Shown here: positions 28,237 to 38,318 of the stretch, piece after piece | Layout of the letters: each line of letters starts with the position of its first letter | Position numbering within the stretch: position 1 is the stretch's first letter | Assembly (NCBI GenBank): GCA_022820025.1 | Contig: JAJEGF010000001.1 | Coordinates: forward strand, 4,422 to 68,421 | Direction of reading: 5' to 3' | DNA length: 64,000 nt | Source of the DNA: Chloroflexota bacterium | GTDB taxonomy: Bacteria > Chloroflexota > UBA11872 | Position numbers and translations under genes: made by a program | The notes under the pieces: generated by a model | The model's database searches: none | What the model was told of the DNA's origin: nothing | Seen by the model: only the letters and a program-made list of their open reading frames with translations

Positions 28237-29262
28237 ATGGCCGTTAGCACAGCCCAAGCGTCAGCGCCCGAGACCGCCACGCGCGAGATCTTCATGAGCG
28301 AGGCTCTGCGCGAGGCCATCGACGAGGAAATGACCCGCGACCCGACCGTCTTCGTCGTCGGTGAGGAAGTCGGCGTCTGGGGCGGCGCCTACGCCGTCAC
28401 CCAGGGTCTGCTCGAGAAATGGGGCCCCGACCGCATCGTCGACACCCCCATTGCCGAAGCCGCCATTGCCGGCCTTGGCATTGGCGCGGCCCTTACCGGC
28501 AGCCGGCCCATCGCCGAGTTCATGTACAGCGACTTCATGGGCATCGCCATGGACCAGATCGTCAACCAGGCGGCCAAGAACCGCTACATGTTCGGCGGCA
28601 AGGCCAAGTTGCCCCTCACCTACCGCGCACCCTTTGGCGCCGGTACCGGCAACGCCGCCCAGCACACCCAGAGCCTGGAAGCCTGGTTCGCCCACGTGCC
28701 CGGCCTGAAGGTCATCACCGCCTCCACTCCCTACGACGCCAAGGGCCTGCTCAAGTCGGCCATCCGCGAAGACAACGTGGTCATCATGTTCGAGCACAAG
28801 GCCATCTACGCCATGCGCGGCCACGTGCCCGAAGGCGAGTACCTGGTGCCCATCGGCGTGGCCGACGTGAAGCGCGAGGGCGACGACGTGAGCGTCATCA
28901 CCTACGCGCGCCAGACGCACCACGCGCTGGAAGCCGCCGAGCAACTGGCGGCCGAGGGCATCAGCGTGGAAGTCGTGGACATCCGCTCGCTCTACCCGCT
29001 GGACACCGACACCATCCTGCGCTCGGTCCGCAAGACCCACCGCGCGGTGGTCCTCTACGAAGCCGTGCGCTTCGGCGGATTCGGCGCCGAGATCGCCTCC
29101 CAGATCCAGGAACTGGCCTTCGACGACCTGGACGCCCCGGTGTTGCGCGTTGGCGCGGCCCACGCGCCGGTTCCATTCTCGGAGCCGCTGGAACAAGCCT
29201 CATTTCCGGGCACGGCCCAGGTGGTGGAGTCCATCCGCCAGTCGCTCCAGGGCGTCTACTAG
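28237..29262 (+). CDS. pdhB: Pyruvate (2-oxoacid) dehydrogenase E1 beta subunit
   Basis: It has transketolase-like Pyr and C-terminal domains. The ATG lies 6 nt after the pdhA stop. Confidence 0.9.
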   Translation: MAVSTAQASAPETATREIFMSEALREAIDEEMTRDPTVFVVGEEVGVWGGAYAVTQGLLEKWGPDRIVDTPIAEAAIAGLGIGAALTGSRPIAEFMYSDFMGIAMDQIVNQAAKNRYMFGGKAKLPLTYRAPFGAGTGNAAQHTQSLEAWFAHVPGLKVITASTPYDAKGLLKSAIREDNVVIMFEHKAIYAMRGHVPEGEYLVPIGVADVKREGDDVSVITYARQTHHALEAAEQLAAEGISVEVVDIRSLYPLDTDTILRSVRKTHRAVVLYEAVRFGGFGAEIASQIQELAFDDLDAPVLRVGAAHAPVPFSEPLEQASFPGTAQVVESIRQSLQGVY

Positions 29263-29265
29263 ACC

Positions 29266-30591
29266 GTGGCTACCGCGGTTCGCATGCCCCTGATGGGGAT
29301 GACCATGGAAGAAGGCGCCGTCACCGAGTGGCTGGTCGACGAAGGCGCCGAGGTCGAGAAGGGCCAGGAAATCCTGGAGTTCGAGACCGACAAGATCAAC
29401 GCCCGCGTGGAAGCGCCAGCCGCCGGCATCCTGGGCGGCATCGCCGCCGGACCCGGCGACTTGGTGAAAGTGCAGGGCCTGCTGGCCTGGATCCTGGAAC
29501 CCGGCGAAACCCCGCCGGCCGAGGATCCCAACCCGCCAGCCGCCGCCGCTGCTTCCGCAGCGCCTCCTACTGCACCTCCGCCACCCGCTCCGGCTCCGGT
29601 GGCCGCAGCCCCTACGCCAACGCCGGCTCCTGTTGCACCAGCACCCGCGCCCGTGGCAGCCCGGCCTGTGGCCGTTGCCCCGGTTGCCGTGGCGCCATCC
29701 ACCGACGGACGCGTCAAGGCCTCCCCGCTCGCCAAGCGTGTGGCCCGCGAGCTCGGCATTGATCTCGCGCGAGTCGTCGGCTCCGGCCCCGGCGGCCGCA
29801 TCATCGAAAAAGACGTGTCCGCCGCGGCCGCCGCTCCCGCTGCCGCACCCATGCCGGTTGCCGCCGCCCCGCCGTTGGCTCCAGCAGCGATTCCCGACGT
29901 GGCCGCCGGCCAGGTCATTCCGCTGGAAGGCGTCCGCCGCGTCATCGCCGAGCGCATGCAGCAAAGCCTGCAGGGCAGTGCCCAGGTCACTCTGGTCGCC
30001 GAGGCCGACGCCCGTCGCTTCCACGAACTGCGAACCGAACTCGCCAGCCGCCACGAGTCGGCACTCGGATTCCGCATCAGCTACAACGACCTGCTCATTC
30101 GCATTTGCGCCCACGCCCTGCGTGAACACCCACGCGCCAACTCCAGCCTGGAAGGCGACGCCATTCGCCTGCACGACGTGGTCAACGTGGGCCTGGCCAT
30201 CGAGGCCGGCGGCGATCTGGTGGTCGCCAACGTCAAGAGTGCCGACCGCAAGTCACTGGTCGAAATCGCTTCAGACCTGCGCGGCCTGGTCGACCGTGCC
30301 CAAGGCAATCGCCTGGACCTGGACGACATCACCGGCGGTACCTTCACGATTTCCAACCTCGGCGTCTACGGCATCGACGCCTTCACCCCGGTGCTCAACC
30401 CGCCCGAGTCGGCCATCCTCGGCGTCGGCGCTCTGCGCGAGAAAGCCGTGGCCCGCGACGGCGAGGTGAGCGCCGAACTCTCCATGACCCTCAGCCTCAC
30501 CTTCGACCACCGCATCATCGACGGCGCCCCCGCCGCCCGCTTCCTGGCCCGCATCCGCGAACTCATTGAGCAGCCCTACCTGCTCCTCTAG
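29266..30591 (+). CDS. pdhC: Dihydrolipoamide acyltransferase E2
   Basis: It has a lipoyl domain (ETDKINARVEAP), a Pro/Ala linker, an E3-binding domain and the catalytic motif DHRIIDGA. Confidence 0.9.
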   Translation: MATAVRMPLMGMTMEEGAVTEWLVDEGAEVEKGQEILEFETDKINARVEAPAAGILGGIAAGPGDLVKVQGLLAWILEPGETPPAEDPNPPAAAAASAAPPTAPPPPAPAPVAAAPTPTPAPVAPAPAPVAARPVAVAPVAVAPSTDGRVKASPLAKRVARELGIDLARVVGSGPGGRIIEKDVSAAAAAPAAAPMPVAAAPPLAPAAIPDVAAGQVIPLEGVRRVIAERMQQSLQGSAQVTLVAEADARRFHELRTELASRHESALGFRISYNDLLIRICAHALREHPRANSSLEGDAIRLHDVVNVGLAIEAGGDLVVANVKSADRKSLVEIASDLRGLVDRAQGNRLDLDDITGGTFTISNLGVYGIDAFTPVLNPPESAILGVGALREKAVARDGEVSAELSMTLSLTFDHRIIDGAPAARFLARIRELIEQPYLLL

Positions 30592-30654
30592 CGGTTGCCA
30601 TTCGCTGGTCGCTTGGCTGGCATGATGCTGGCGTCGGCCTGAGGCTGGTGCGTT

Positions 30655-31479
30655 ATGGATTTGGTTGAATCGCACGTACACATCTGGACGATCCGGGACC
30701 CGAGGTTCGGACGTCACCCGGAGTCCGACTTCACGCCGGAACTCGAGGCGGCCCCGGCGGATCTCTTCCGGGCCCAGGATGAGATCGGCGGCGTGGCCTG
30801 GACGGTGTTGATCCAGCCGCGCTACTACCTGTGGGATAACTCGTACCTGATCCAGGCGGCGGAGACGTATCCGGACCGGCTGGTCGTGGCTGGCCGGGTC
30901 GATCCGCTTTTGCCGGACGCGCCCGCCGCCTTGCGCGAGCTGATGGGGCACCCGCAACTCCGCGGGATTCGTCTGGCGCCGAACACCGTCCCAGAAATCC
31001 GGTGGCTGGATGACGCCGCGCAGGACGCGTTGTGGGAGACGGCGGCCGATACCAACGCCACCATCGGGCTGCTCATCAACTGGCGGCAACTTCCACAAGC
31101 GGATGCCATGGCCGCTCGACATTCCGATGTGACCGTAGTCATCGACCACCTCGGCTCGCCCGACTACCGCGACCCGGACTCGCTGACCAATCTGCTGGCG
31201 CTGTCCGAGCGGCCCAACGTGTTCGTGAAGCTCTCCGGCTATCCCAACGGCAGCCGCGCCGCCTATCCATACCGCGAGGCCCATTCCCTTATCGAGCGCG
31301 TCTACCGGGCCTTTGGCCCCCGGCGACTCATGTGGGGCACCGACTGGCCCGTGTGCCTGACCAGCGCGACCTACCAGCAGGCGTTCGATTCGGCGTGGAA
31401 CCTGTCGTTCCTCAGCGACGCCGATCGCGAATGGATTTTTTCCCACACCGCCAAGCGCGCGTGGAGAATCGAGCCTTAA
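30655..31479 (+). CDS. Amidohydrolase-2 family TIM-barrel hydrolase
   Basis: It has the N-terminal HVHIW metal-binding pair. Confidence 0.8.
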   Translation: MDLVESHVHIWTIRDPRFGRHPESDFTPELEAAPADLFRAQDEIGGVAWTVLIQPRYYLWDNSYLIQAAETYPDRLVVAGRVDPLLPDAPAALRELMGHPQLRGIRLAPNTVPEIRWLDDAAQDALWETAADTNATIGLLINWRQLPQADAMAARHSDVTVVIDHLGSPDYRDPDSLTNLLALSERPNVFVKLSGYPNGSRAAYPYREAHSLIERVYRAFGPRRLMWGTDWPVCLTSATYQQAFDSAWNLSFLSDADREWIFSHTAKRAWRIEP

Positions 31480-31505
31480 ACGCAGGTTTGCCAGTTAACG
31501 AAGTT

Positions 31506-31540
31506 CCGGGTGCAAAGCCGGGCGGGGGCCTTGCACCCGG
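31506..31540 (+). terminator. GC-rich hairpin 27 nt downstream of the amidohydrolase-2 stop
   Basis: The inverted repeat ccgggtgcaa...ttgcacccgg flanks a 15-nt loop. Confidence 0.35.
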
Positions 31541-32112
31541 ATGAGGTGCACGAAGCGACCCTAGGCAGCCCGGAAATGCTGCTCCATGTCTGGGCAACTG
31601 CCAGCCGCCGAAGAGTCAACGGCCCGTGCAGTGGGTGCGAAAGCGACAGGAAGAACGTTAACGGTCATCAACCCGCGCGCACAGAAACTGCTGAGCGTGT
31701 GCGGGTTCGCGTCCGCAGCGCGCTTCGCGAACCTCAACATGCCTTCGAACGCCGGAGGCTGTTCGACGACCGGTGCAAGCCTGCGTTTTGGCTCACACCA
31801 TTCCGCCCAGGAGTCACGGACCGCGACGTCACGTTCCAGATCGCCTGACTGGAACGATGAGCCCGCCACGTCAATGCCACGGCCCGTCACCGGAAGAACA
31901 CCTTTGAACTCCGCGCGTCATGCGCGTAGAGATCCGTTGCGTTCGCCCGAGGCGCAGCGGCAGTAACTTCGGCGCTACGGTAGGCCCTGAAGAACGAGGC
32001 AACCGTCGCATTGCTTACAGACGATAGGGTCCCCATGCCCTACGCGAGTGGGCGTTTCCCGGCCCTCGGTCTCAAGCGCCGCGAACCGAGGTCCAGGCAC
32101 GGTTAAGCGACC

Positions 32113-32142
32113 AGCCCGGCCGGAGGATTCTCCGGCCGGGCT
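32113..32142 (-). terminator. Perfect 13-bp stem hairpin downstream of the SBP gene
   Basis: It reads agcccggccggag-gatt-ctccggccgggct and lies 43 nt past the stop at 32185. Confidence 0.4.
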
Positions 32143-32184
32143 GGGCCATTTCGGCGGCGCTACTGCGCCGCAGGGTTTACGCCG

Positions 32185-33717
32185 CTATGGGTAAACCGGA
32201 GAGCTGACGAACGGCGCGGGGCCGTCGTACGAGGACAGGTGCCGAACACCCCAGTCCTGGCAAGCCTGCAGGGACTCGGCCGGCGACTGCTCGCCAACCC
32301 AGCCCTTCTGGCCCAGGGCTCGGTGCTGCAGCCACCACTCCCGCCACGTGTTGAACGGGTAGAGGCTGCGGTTGTCCGGTCGGTCCGCGTAGACCTTCAG
32401 CCACTTCATCCCCTCTGGCGGTGGAGCCACAGAGGTCGGGGCGCCGATGGCGTCCCGGTGAACCGGCATGTGCCCGCGGTCGATCCCGACGCGGCCCTGG
32501 TACTCCTCGCCTGCGAGGAAGACCGCCAGCGCGGTGGACTGCTCGATCGAGCCGTCGCGCTCGGCGCTGTTGGTGACCAGGTCCGGCTGGTCGTTGGTGC
32601 TGTGGCCCGGCGGACCGCCGCGAGCGGCGATCACTTCCGGCAGCAACGTCCACTGGAAGCGGTCCTTGATCCGCGGAACCGCGAACCCGGTCGAGTACAC
32701 CCGGCCGGAGGGCCAGATGCCGACCTTGCCGGCGGCAAACGGGTTGCCGAACTCACCACCCAGCTCCTTGACCTGGTCGGCCGGAGGGGAGGTCTCGTGC
32801 ACGAAGATCTTGTTGATCAGGTACTCCCATGCCTCAATGGCTTCGGGCAGGTCGTACATGGTCTTCGACAACGTGTCGTTGAACGGCTTGGCCATGCCGT
32901 TGGAGTACATCTGCGGCATGTACTGGAACTCGTAGTCGTCGCGGGCCCAGGTGCCGAAGTCCCCGGTGTCGGGGTTCGTCATCTTGGCGTCCCACTCCGT
33001 CCAGTCATCCCAGGTCCATCCACCGTCGCTGTCCGGCAGGGTGACACCGGCAGCTTCGGCAAGCGAGATGTTGGCCACGAACCCGCTGATCGCGAACTGG
33101 AAGGGCATCCCGAACTGGGGGCCCGTCATTTCGGCCGGCTGCGGGAACGAGTGGTCGATGTTGTTGAACGTGTACGCGTCCGGCAGGAAGTAGTAGTCCA
33201 GCGGATCGAAGTCGTCACGCTTAGCCAATTCGCCCGAGATCTCGGTGAAGGCGCCTTCTTCGTGGAAGCGCAGGAAGTCCGACTGCGAGAGCAGCGCCAC
33301 GTGCGGCGCCGTTCCGGCGGCGAACTGGATCGCCAAGCTGTCGATCAGGTTGGCGGCCGGTTCCAGCTTCACGAAGACGTCCGGTCGCTTCTCGGCGAAG
33401 CGCGCCAAGCCCCACTGCATGGCCGCGCCACGCGGGCCGGCGGTGTGGTCCGTGACGAACCGGATCTCGACGTTCTCCCTCTCCATCATCGCTTCGGGGG
33501 CCGCAGTCGCAGCAGCAGGCGCGGCTGCCGCCGGAGCGGCAGCGGCTGGCGCCGCAGCGGCTGGTGCCGCAGCGGCCGGCGCGGCCGGAGCCGGAGCCTC
33601 TGCGGCTGCTGGCGCGGCGCTCTCACTCTCGCCGCAGGCGGCCAGCATGACCGCCGACGTTGCGCCAATCCCCATACCGGCGACAAAGCGCCGACGGGTC
33701 AGGGCTGGAATATGCAT
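32185..33717 (-). CDS. ABC transporter substrate-binding lipoprotein (sugar-type SBP family 1), Tat-secreted
   Basis: It has MHIPALTRRRFVAG...LAACGES (Tat motif plus lipobox), a PAAAA-repeat linker and an SBP_bac_1-like body. Confidence 0.85.
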   Translation of the reverse strand: MHIPALTRRRFVAGMGIGATSAVMLAACGESESAAPAAAEAPAPAAPAAAAPAAAAPAAAAPAAAAPAAATAAPEAMMERENVEIRFVTDHTAGPRGAAMQWGLARFAEKRPDVFVKLEPAANLIDSLAIQFAAGTAPHVALLSQSDFLRFHEEGAFTEISGELAKRDDFDPLDYYFLPDAYTFNNIDHSFPQPAEMTGPQFGMPFQFAISGFVANISLAEAAGVTLPDSDGGWTWDDWTEWDAKMTNPDTGDFGTWARDDYEFQYMPQMYSNGMAKPFNDTLSKTMYDLPEAIEAWEYLINKIFVHETSPPADQVKELGGEFGNPFAAGKVGIWPSGRVYSTGFAVPRIKDRFQWTLLPEVIAARGGPPGHSTNDQPDLVTNSAERDGSIEQSTALAVFLAGEEYQGRVGIDRGHMPVHRDAIGAPTSVAPPPEGMKWLKVYADRPDNRSLYPFNTWREWWLQHRALGQKGWVGEQSPAESLQACQDWGVRHLSSYDGPAPFVSSPVYP

Positions 33718-34028
33718 ACCCTTCTCCTCCGCCCCCGCCAGACGTGGTCCCCTGGGGGCCTAGCTGACCTCGCGCCACCTCCGGATTGTCCTGTGCACGT
33801 TACACAGCCCAAAAGCACGCAGGGGCCAGCGACATTCGCTCGCGTACGGTGCGATATCGGGCATGGGCGTGTCAAGTGATCCTTGGTCCGCACTCGGTGG
33901 GTCAGCCGGCCACGCCGACCCTGTCGCCGGCGACGCGATTGGACGCAGCGTCTCGAAGCGCCGCCTACCCGGCCATCAACCTCCTGGATACGGGCGTCAC
34001 GTACCTCCGGCTGGCTGACCTTCCACCA

Positions 34029-34157
34029 GGGGTAGACCGTCGAGGCCGCAAACGGTGGGGCGCCGTCGTGGATTGCTCGGTGTCGCACGCCCCATGCCTG
34101 CGCCGCCTGCCTGGACTCGGCCGGCGTCCGGTCGCCCACCCATCCTTTCGCGGACAC
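34029..34157 (-). pseudogene. Remnant of the 3' end (~40 codons) of an SBP paralog
   Basis: KGWVGDRTPAESRQAAQAWGVRH...PPFAASTVYP aligns to the C-terminus (QKGWVGEQSPAESLQACQDWGVRHLSSYDGPAPFVSSPVYP) of the SBP at 32185-33717. About 190 bp are ~70% identical, including a 40-bp near-identical core (gaggctgcggttgtccggtc.gtc.gcgtagaccttcagc). Confidence 0.45.
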
Positions 34158-34420
34158 GGCTCGATGCCGACCAATCCGCTCGCCAGCGGTGTTGCACGGG
34201 TCGAGGCTGCGGTTGTCCGGTCAGTCGGCGTAGACCTTCAGCTGCGGGGGCCGCTGTCGTGCCAGGCGCAGCGGCCGGAGCTGCCGTGGCCGGCGGCGCG
34301 GCCGATGCCGCGGGCGCAGGCAAGATCCAGCGAAATCCGATTCAATGCTCTGTACTATTCGGCCACGAACTGTCGAGTTGGCCTTGCAGCCGGTCGCGCG
34401 ATGAGCGCCCGGCCGCCTAC

Positions 34421-34657
34421 CTAGTTGATGTCAATACGCTCCGACGTGCTGCTGGTCGGTCCGTCGTCGCGCTCTTCCACGGCCTGGATGCCGGCGTCCA
34501 GGACCTCGCGCAGGCTCACGAGAGCCTCGCGCACGGCGCCGCGCATGTGGCCGCCGGCCTTGCCCACGCCAACGCGCGGCCGATCGATTTCGATCGTGAT
34601 GCGAATGGGACCGGCATGAACGTGACCGCCGGCGCCGCCCTTTTTCTCGCTCGTCAT
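34421..34657 (-). CDS. Small hypothetical protein (78 aa)
   Basis: It has GC3 bias, an AAGGAA Shine-Dalgarno and a TATACT -10-like element upstream. It lies directly downstream, on the same strand, of the HTH regulator. Confidence 0.45.
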   Translation of the reverse strand: MTSEKKGGAGGHVHAGPIRITIEIDRPRVGVGKAGGHMRGAVREALVSLREVLDAGIQAVEERDDGPTSSTSERIDIN

Positions 34658-34803
34658 TCCGGTTCCTTGGCTACAGCAGATAGGAACTTTCAGTATATCC
34701 GCGTCTGGCTCGTGTCCAGCCTCGGCGGCGAACGATGCTCGTCCGGATGGTCAACGCGGACCGACAACCCGCGAGACACCGGTGACCTGGGACGCCCAGG
34801 CCC

Positions 34804-35292
34804 TCAGCGCCGAGGCCGAGCCTGCCGCGGGGAGTCGGCTGGGAGTGCGCGACCGCACTGCGTGCAGAAGTTTGCCGGCGAATCGTTGGTCCGGCCACAG
34901 GCGTCGCATTCCACACTCACGGGAAACTGTGCGCCGCAGTTCGAACAATAGTTCGCATCGTCCGGATTGGAGTGACCGCACGACTGACACGCCCGTTGCC
35001 AGCGACCAGTGACGGCGGCGGTTCCCAGGCGCGACTGCGCGTTGTCCCGGGCCGCGATGAGTTGCCGCGCATCCAGGTCAAGAGTCCGGGCCAGCGCCCG
35101 GATGTCTTCCTCCGGCACAAACGTGATTTTGCCCGTCTCGACATCACTCAGCCATGGCCGATCCCGGCCGATTTCGACCGCGACCTGGGACTGCGTGCGG
35201 CCGTGCAATCGCCGCGCGGTGAAGATCAGACCGCCAAGCGTTCCGCGATCAATGTCGTTGAATGCGCGCTTCTGTAGCTTGCGACGCGCCAT
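34804..35292 (-). CDS. XRE-family HTH transcriptional regulator fused to a C-terminal double zinc ribbon
   Basis: The HTH is LHGRTQSQVAVEIGRDRPWLSDVETGK. Two CxxC..CxxC ribbons follow: CQSCGHSNPDDANYCSNCGAQF and CDACGRTNDSPANFCTQCGRAL. Confidence 0.8.
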   Translation of the reverse strand: MARRKLQKRAFNDIDRGTLGGLIFTARRLHGRTQSQVAVEIGRDRPWLSDVETGKITFVPEEDIRALARTLDLDARQLIAARDNAQSRLGTAAVTGRWQRACQSCGHSNPDDANYCSNCGAQFPVSVECDACGRTNDSPANFCTQCGRALPADSPRQARPRR

Positions 35293-35484
35293 AGGCGACC
35301 GATTCAGCTGCCCGCCATCGCTGCGGCTACCCTAGCATGGCAAACGTGTCGAGACTCGGCAATTTCGCAACAAACGTCCGACCGTCGATATCGGCGTACC
35401 TGATAGCTTCCTGCTGGTTCTCGGAATTGTCGCGACATTACGGGCTTGCCTGCCAAAGCCGGCCCGATCGCCAGCGCGATTCCG

Positions 35485-35898
35485 CTAGGGAACGGTGATC
35501 TCCTGGCCAACCTGCAGGGCGTCGGGATTCACGATGCGATTGGCCTCCACCAACTCATCCACGGTCACGTTAAAGCGTGCGGCGATGCCCGAGAGCGTAT
35601 CGCCGGGCTGGACCACGTAGACCGTCGCGGTTGGCGTTGGCGTGGGCCGAGGGATCGGTGTGGCCGTGGGGGTGGGCTCCGGCGTCGGCGTGGCGATTAC
35701 GGTGTCGAACGCGGCGTTGGGAGTATCGGGCGTCGGCGTGATCGCCGCGGCGGGCGTTGGTGTGGTCGCCACGACGGACGATTCGTCGTCACGCGGCCGA
35801 AGCAGCACGACCCAGAGCAGGAACACGATGAAGGCGACGACCAGCAGGCCGGCCAGCAACTCGCCGCCGCGGGCGAAGGTGCTCTCGGAGTCCTGCAT
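35485..35898 (-). CDS. Membrane-anchored LysM-domain protein
   Basis: It has an N-terminal TM helix, a Pro/Thr-rich linker and a C-terminal LysM (YVVQPGDTLSGIAARFNVTVDELVEANRI). The start was placed at the internal ATG. Confidence 0.7.
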   Translation of the reverse strand: MQDSESTFARGGELLAGLLVVAFIVFLLWVVLLRPRDDESSVVATTPTPAAAITPTPDTPNAAFDTVIATPTPEPTPTATPIPRPTPTPTATVYVVQPGDTLSGIAARFNVTVDELVEANRIVNPDALQVGQEITVP

Positions 35899-35915
35899 GG
35901 CCGTGCCCGCTGCGC

Positions 35916-37256
35916 CTACTCGGCCAGCAGCTGTGCCGCGCGGCTCTCGGCGGCCTGTGCGTGTCGGCCCATGCCGAAATATCGGAATCCAAACGCTTGC
36001 ATTCGGACGGGATCGTAGAGATTGCGGCCGTCCACCAGCACATCCCCGCGCATGGCCGCGCGCATGGCTTCCCAATCGAGTTCCCGAAACTCATTCCACT
36101 CGGTAGCCAGCACAATCGCGTCCGCCCCGGTGGCTGCCTCGAGCGCCGACGCGCTGAACGCCACCGAGCGCCCGAGCACGGCCCGCGCCTTCGGGGTGGC
36201 CACGGGGTCGTAGGCGCGGACGCTGGCGCCCTCGCCGGCCAGCAGGTGGGCGATCTCAATGGCCGGCGCGTCGCGAACGTCATCGGTATTCGGCTTGAAC
36301 GAGAGGCCCAGTAGCGCGACCTCGCGTCCGCGCAGGCCGCCAAGCGCTTCGCGCAGCTTGCGAACGGCCGACCGCCGGGCGTCGCGATTGATCTCAATCA
36401 CGGCCCGCAGCAATTGCGGGTGCGCCCCGTGTACCGAGCCCATGTGTTCCAGCGCGCGGACGTCCTTCGGAAAGCAACTGCCGCCCCAGCCCAGCCCGGC
36501 ATTCAGGTAGGCCGGACCCACGCGGCCGTCCAGGCCCATGCCGTGCGCCACCACCTCCACATCCGCGTCCAGCGCCTCGCAGATCGCCGCAATCTCGTTG
36601 ATGAACGAAATCCGCGTGGCCAGGAAGGCATTTGAGGCGTACTTGATCATTTCGGCCGTCCGCAGGTCCGTCACGATCACCGGACAGTCGAAGGATCGAT
36701 ACAGCTCAGCGACACGCTCGGCCGCGTCGGCGTCGGACGAACCAATCACCACCCGATCAGGGTGCAGAAAGTCCTGAACCGCCGTGCCCTCCCGCTGGAA
36801 TTCCGGATTGGATACCACGGGGAACCGTGCGCCGTCCGCCCGATGTTCGTGAATAATCCGTGAAATCAGATCGCTGGTCCCAATGGGCACGGTGCTCTTC
36901 GTCACGATCAGCGCGCCCTCCGAAAGGACGGGCGCCAGCGCCACCGCGGCGCTGTCCACGGCCAGCAGGCTGGCCTCGCCGGCGGCGCCCGTGGGCGTAT
37001 CCACGGCGATGAACACAAACTCCCGCTCGGGAACCGCAGCGGAATAGTCCGTGGTAAAGGTCAGGCGTCCGGCGGCGACGTTGCGCGAAACCAGCGACTC
37101 GAGCCCCGGCTCATAGATCGGCACCCGCCCCGCGTGCAGCCCGGCGATCTTGGCCTCGTCGATATCCAGGCACGCCACGTCGTGCCCCAGGTCGGCGAAG
37201 CACGCGCCCACCGAGAGCCCCACATAGCCGGTTCCGACAATGCAGATCGCGCTCAT
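35916..37256 (-). CDS. ugd: UDP-glucose 6-dehydrogenase
   Basis: It has MSAICIVGTGYVGL, the catalytic GGSCFPKD and a C-terminal UDP-binding domain. Confidence 0.95.
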   Translation of the reverse strand: MSAICIVGTGYVGLSVGACFADLGHDVACLDIDEAKIAGLHAGRVPIYEPGLESLVSRNVAAGRLTFTTDYSAAVPEREFVFIAVDTPTGAAGEASLLAVDSAAVALAPVLSEGALIVTKSTVPIGTSDLISRIIHEHRADGARFPVVSNPEFQREGTAVQDFLHPDRVVIGSSDADAAERVAELYRSFDCPVIVTDLRTAEMIKYASNAFLATRISFINEIAAICEALDADVEVVAHGMGLDGRVGPAYLNAGLGWGGSCFPKDVRALEHMGSVHGAHPQLLRAVIEINRDARRSAVRKLREALGGLRGREVALLGLSFKPNTDDVRDAPAIEIAHLLAGEGASVRAYDPVATPKARAVLGRSVAFSASALEAATGADAIVLATEWNEFRELDWEAMRAAMRGDVLVDGRNLYDPVRMQAFGFRYFGMGRHAQAAESRAAQLLAE

Positions 37257-37353
37257 GGCCCGATCATCGCACGCGGCGTCCAGCGCGCGGGACTGACTCC
37301 ATCACTGGCCTGCGGTCAAACAATCAAGCGCCGCCATTTGGAATCGCGCGCCC

Positions 37354-38318
37354 CTAGGGTCGTTCGCGCGCACAGTTCTGGCAATACCGCATCGCGGTCG
37401 GGCTCATGACGTCGCAGGACCGGCACTGACACTGCGCGGCGCCGCGCCATGCGCACCAGATTCGAGTCGGTCGGATGGCGAAGTTGTGCTCACCACCTGG
37501 CGAAACAGTACGTCCTGCATCTCGTTGACGCGATACATGATCCGGATGATGCGTGCCGCCGCAACAACCAAGGCTGCCGTTGAAATCACCTGCAGCACAC
37601 CGGCGGCATACAGCTGGGTGACACCGTCAAGGAAGCGATAGTAATCCCAACCCCCCGACATTACAGCCGGAGCGAAACCAAGCGTCATCCAGGCAACCTC
37701 AAGAGCAATCCACCAGACCAGCACGGATCTCCAATCAAGCGGCAGGGTCCCGTTGGTTGAGCGTGCGCCGCTGGAAACCCACAGGCGACTGATGACGACC
37801 AACGGTCCCACGAGGCTGGCGGCCGCCGCCGCATAGAGCGCGACGTGTAATTGCCAAGCGTTCGGATCGGTCTCGCGGACGACAACGTAGGCCACGGCCA
37901 ACGCAGGGAAGAGAACGAACAGGGCAAGGAGCAGCAATTCCGATCGTGGTCGCATGTCGGGCGCCGGGAGCACGCGCAGGTTTCCAATCGCCTGGAACAG
38001 CCAGATCAAGAAGGGGCAACATGCCAAAAACACGCCGAGTGCCCCTAATCCGCCGACCACGGCCAGTACTTCAAACCAGATGTACACGGACAGCCGGAGC
38101 TCCTCGTAGGCCTCAGCGCCCTGATCTGCCAGCGTGGCGCCCTGCGCGATGAAGAACACGCTTGAAATCAGCAGCGCCGTCGCCAGGAGAGTCACTGAGA
38201 TACCGATTGTCCAACTGACGAACAACGCCGGCTGTCGGTTCCGCCAATAGCCGCGGAGCGCCGTTCCGGCAGCGTGGCTCGAAGTCGACATGATGTCCTC
38301 ATGATGGCACTCGCGCAT
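37354..38318 (-). pseudogene. Paralog A of the polytopic membrane protein with a C-terminal zinc ribbon. It is frameshifted near its 3' end.
   Basis: The ORF stops at 37404, but the conserved zinc-ribbon tail (...AAQCQCRSCDVMSPTAMRYCQNCARERP*) continues in the -1 frame down to 37354. A 1-nt indel in the run ggcgcggcgccgcgcag would restore a paralog-like C-terminus. Confidence 0.55.

Noticed and set aside
25960-31446. Multiple long ORFs on both strands (for example 25960-26988 +, 26888-28159 -, 28261-29196 -, 28419-29762 +, 29200-30174 -, 30271-31446 -)
   Set aside because: They are shadow frames of gpsA, the pdhA-pdhB-E2 operon and the amidohydrolase-2 gene, with low-complexity Gly/Arg/Ala composition.
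32239-33879. 546-aa plus-strand ORF
   Set aside because: It is antisense to the SBP gene, which has a clear Tat signal, lipobox and SBP fold motifs.
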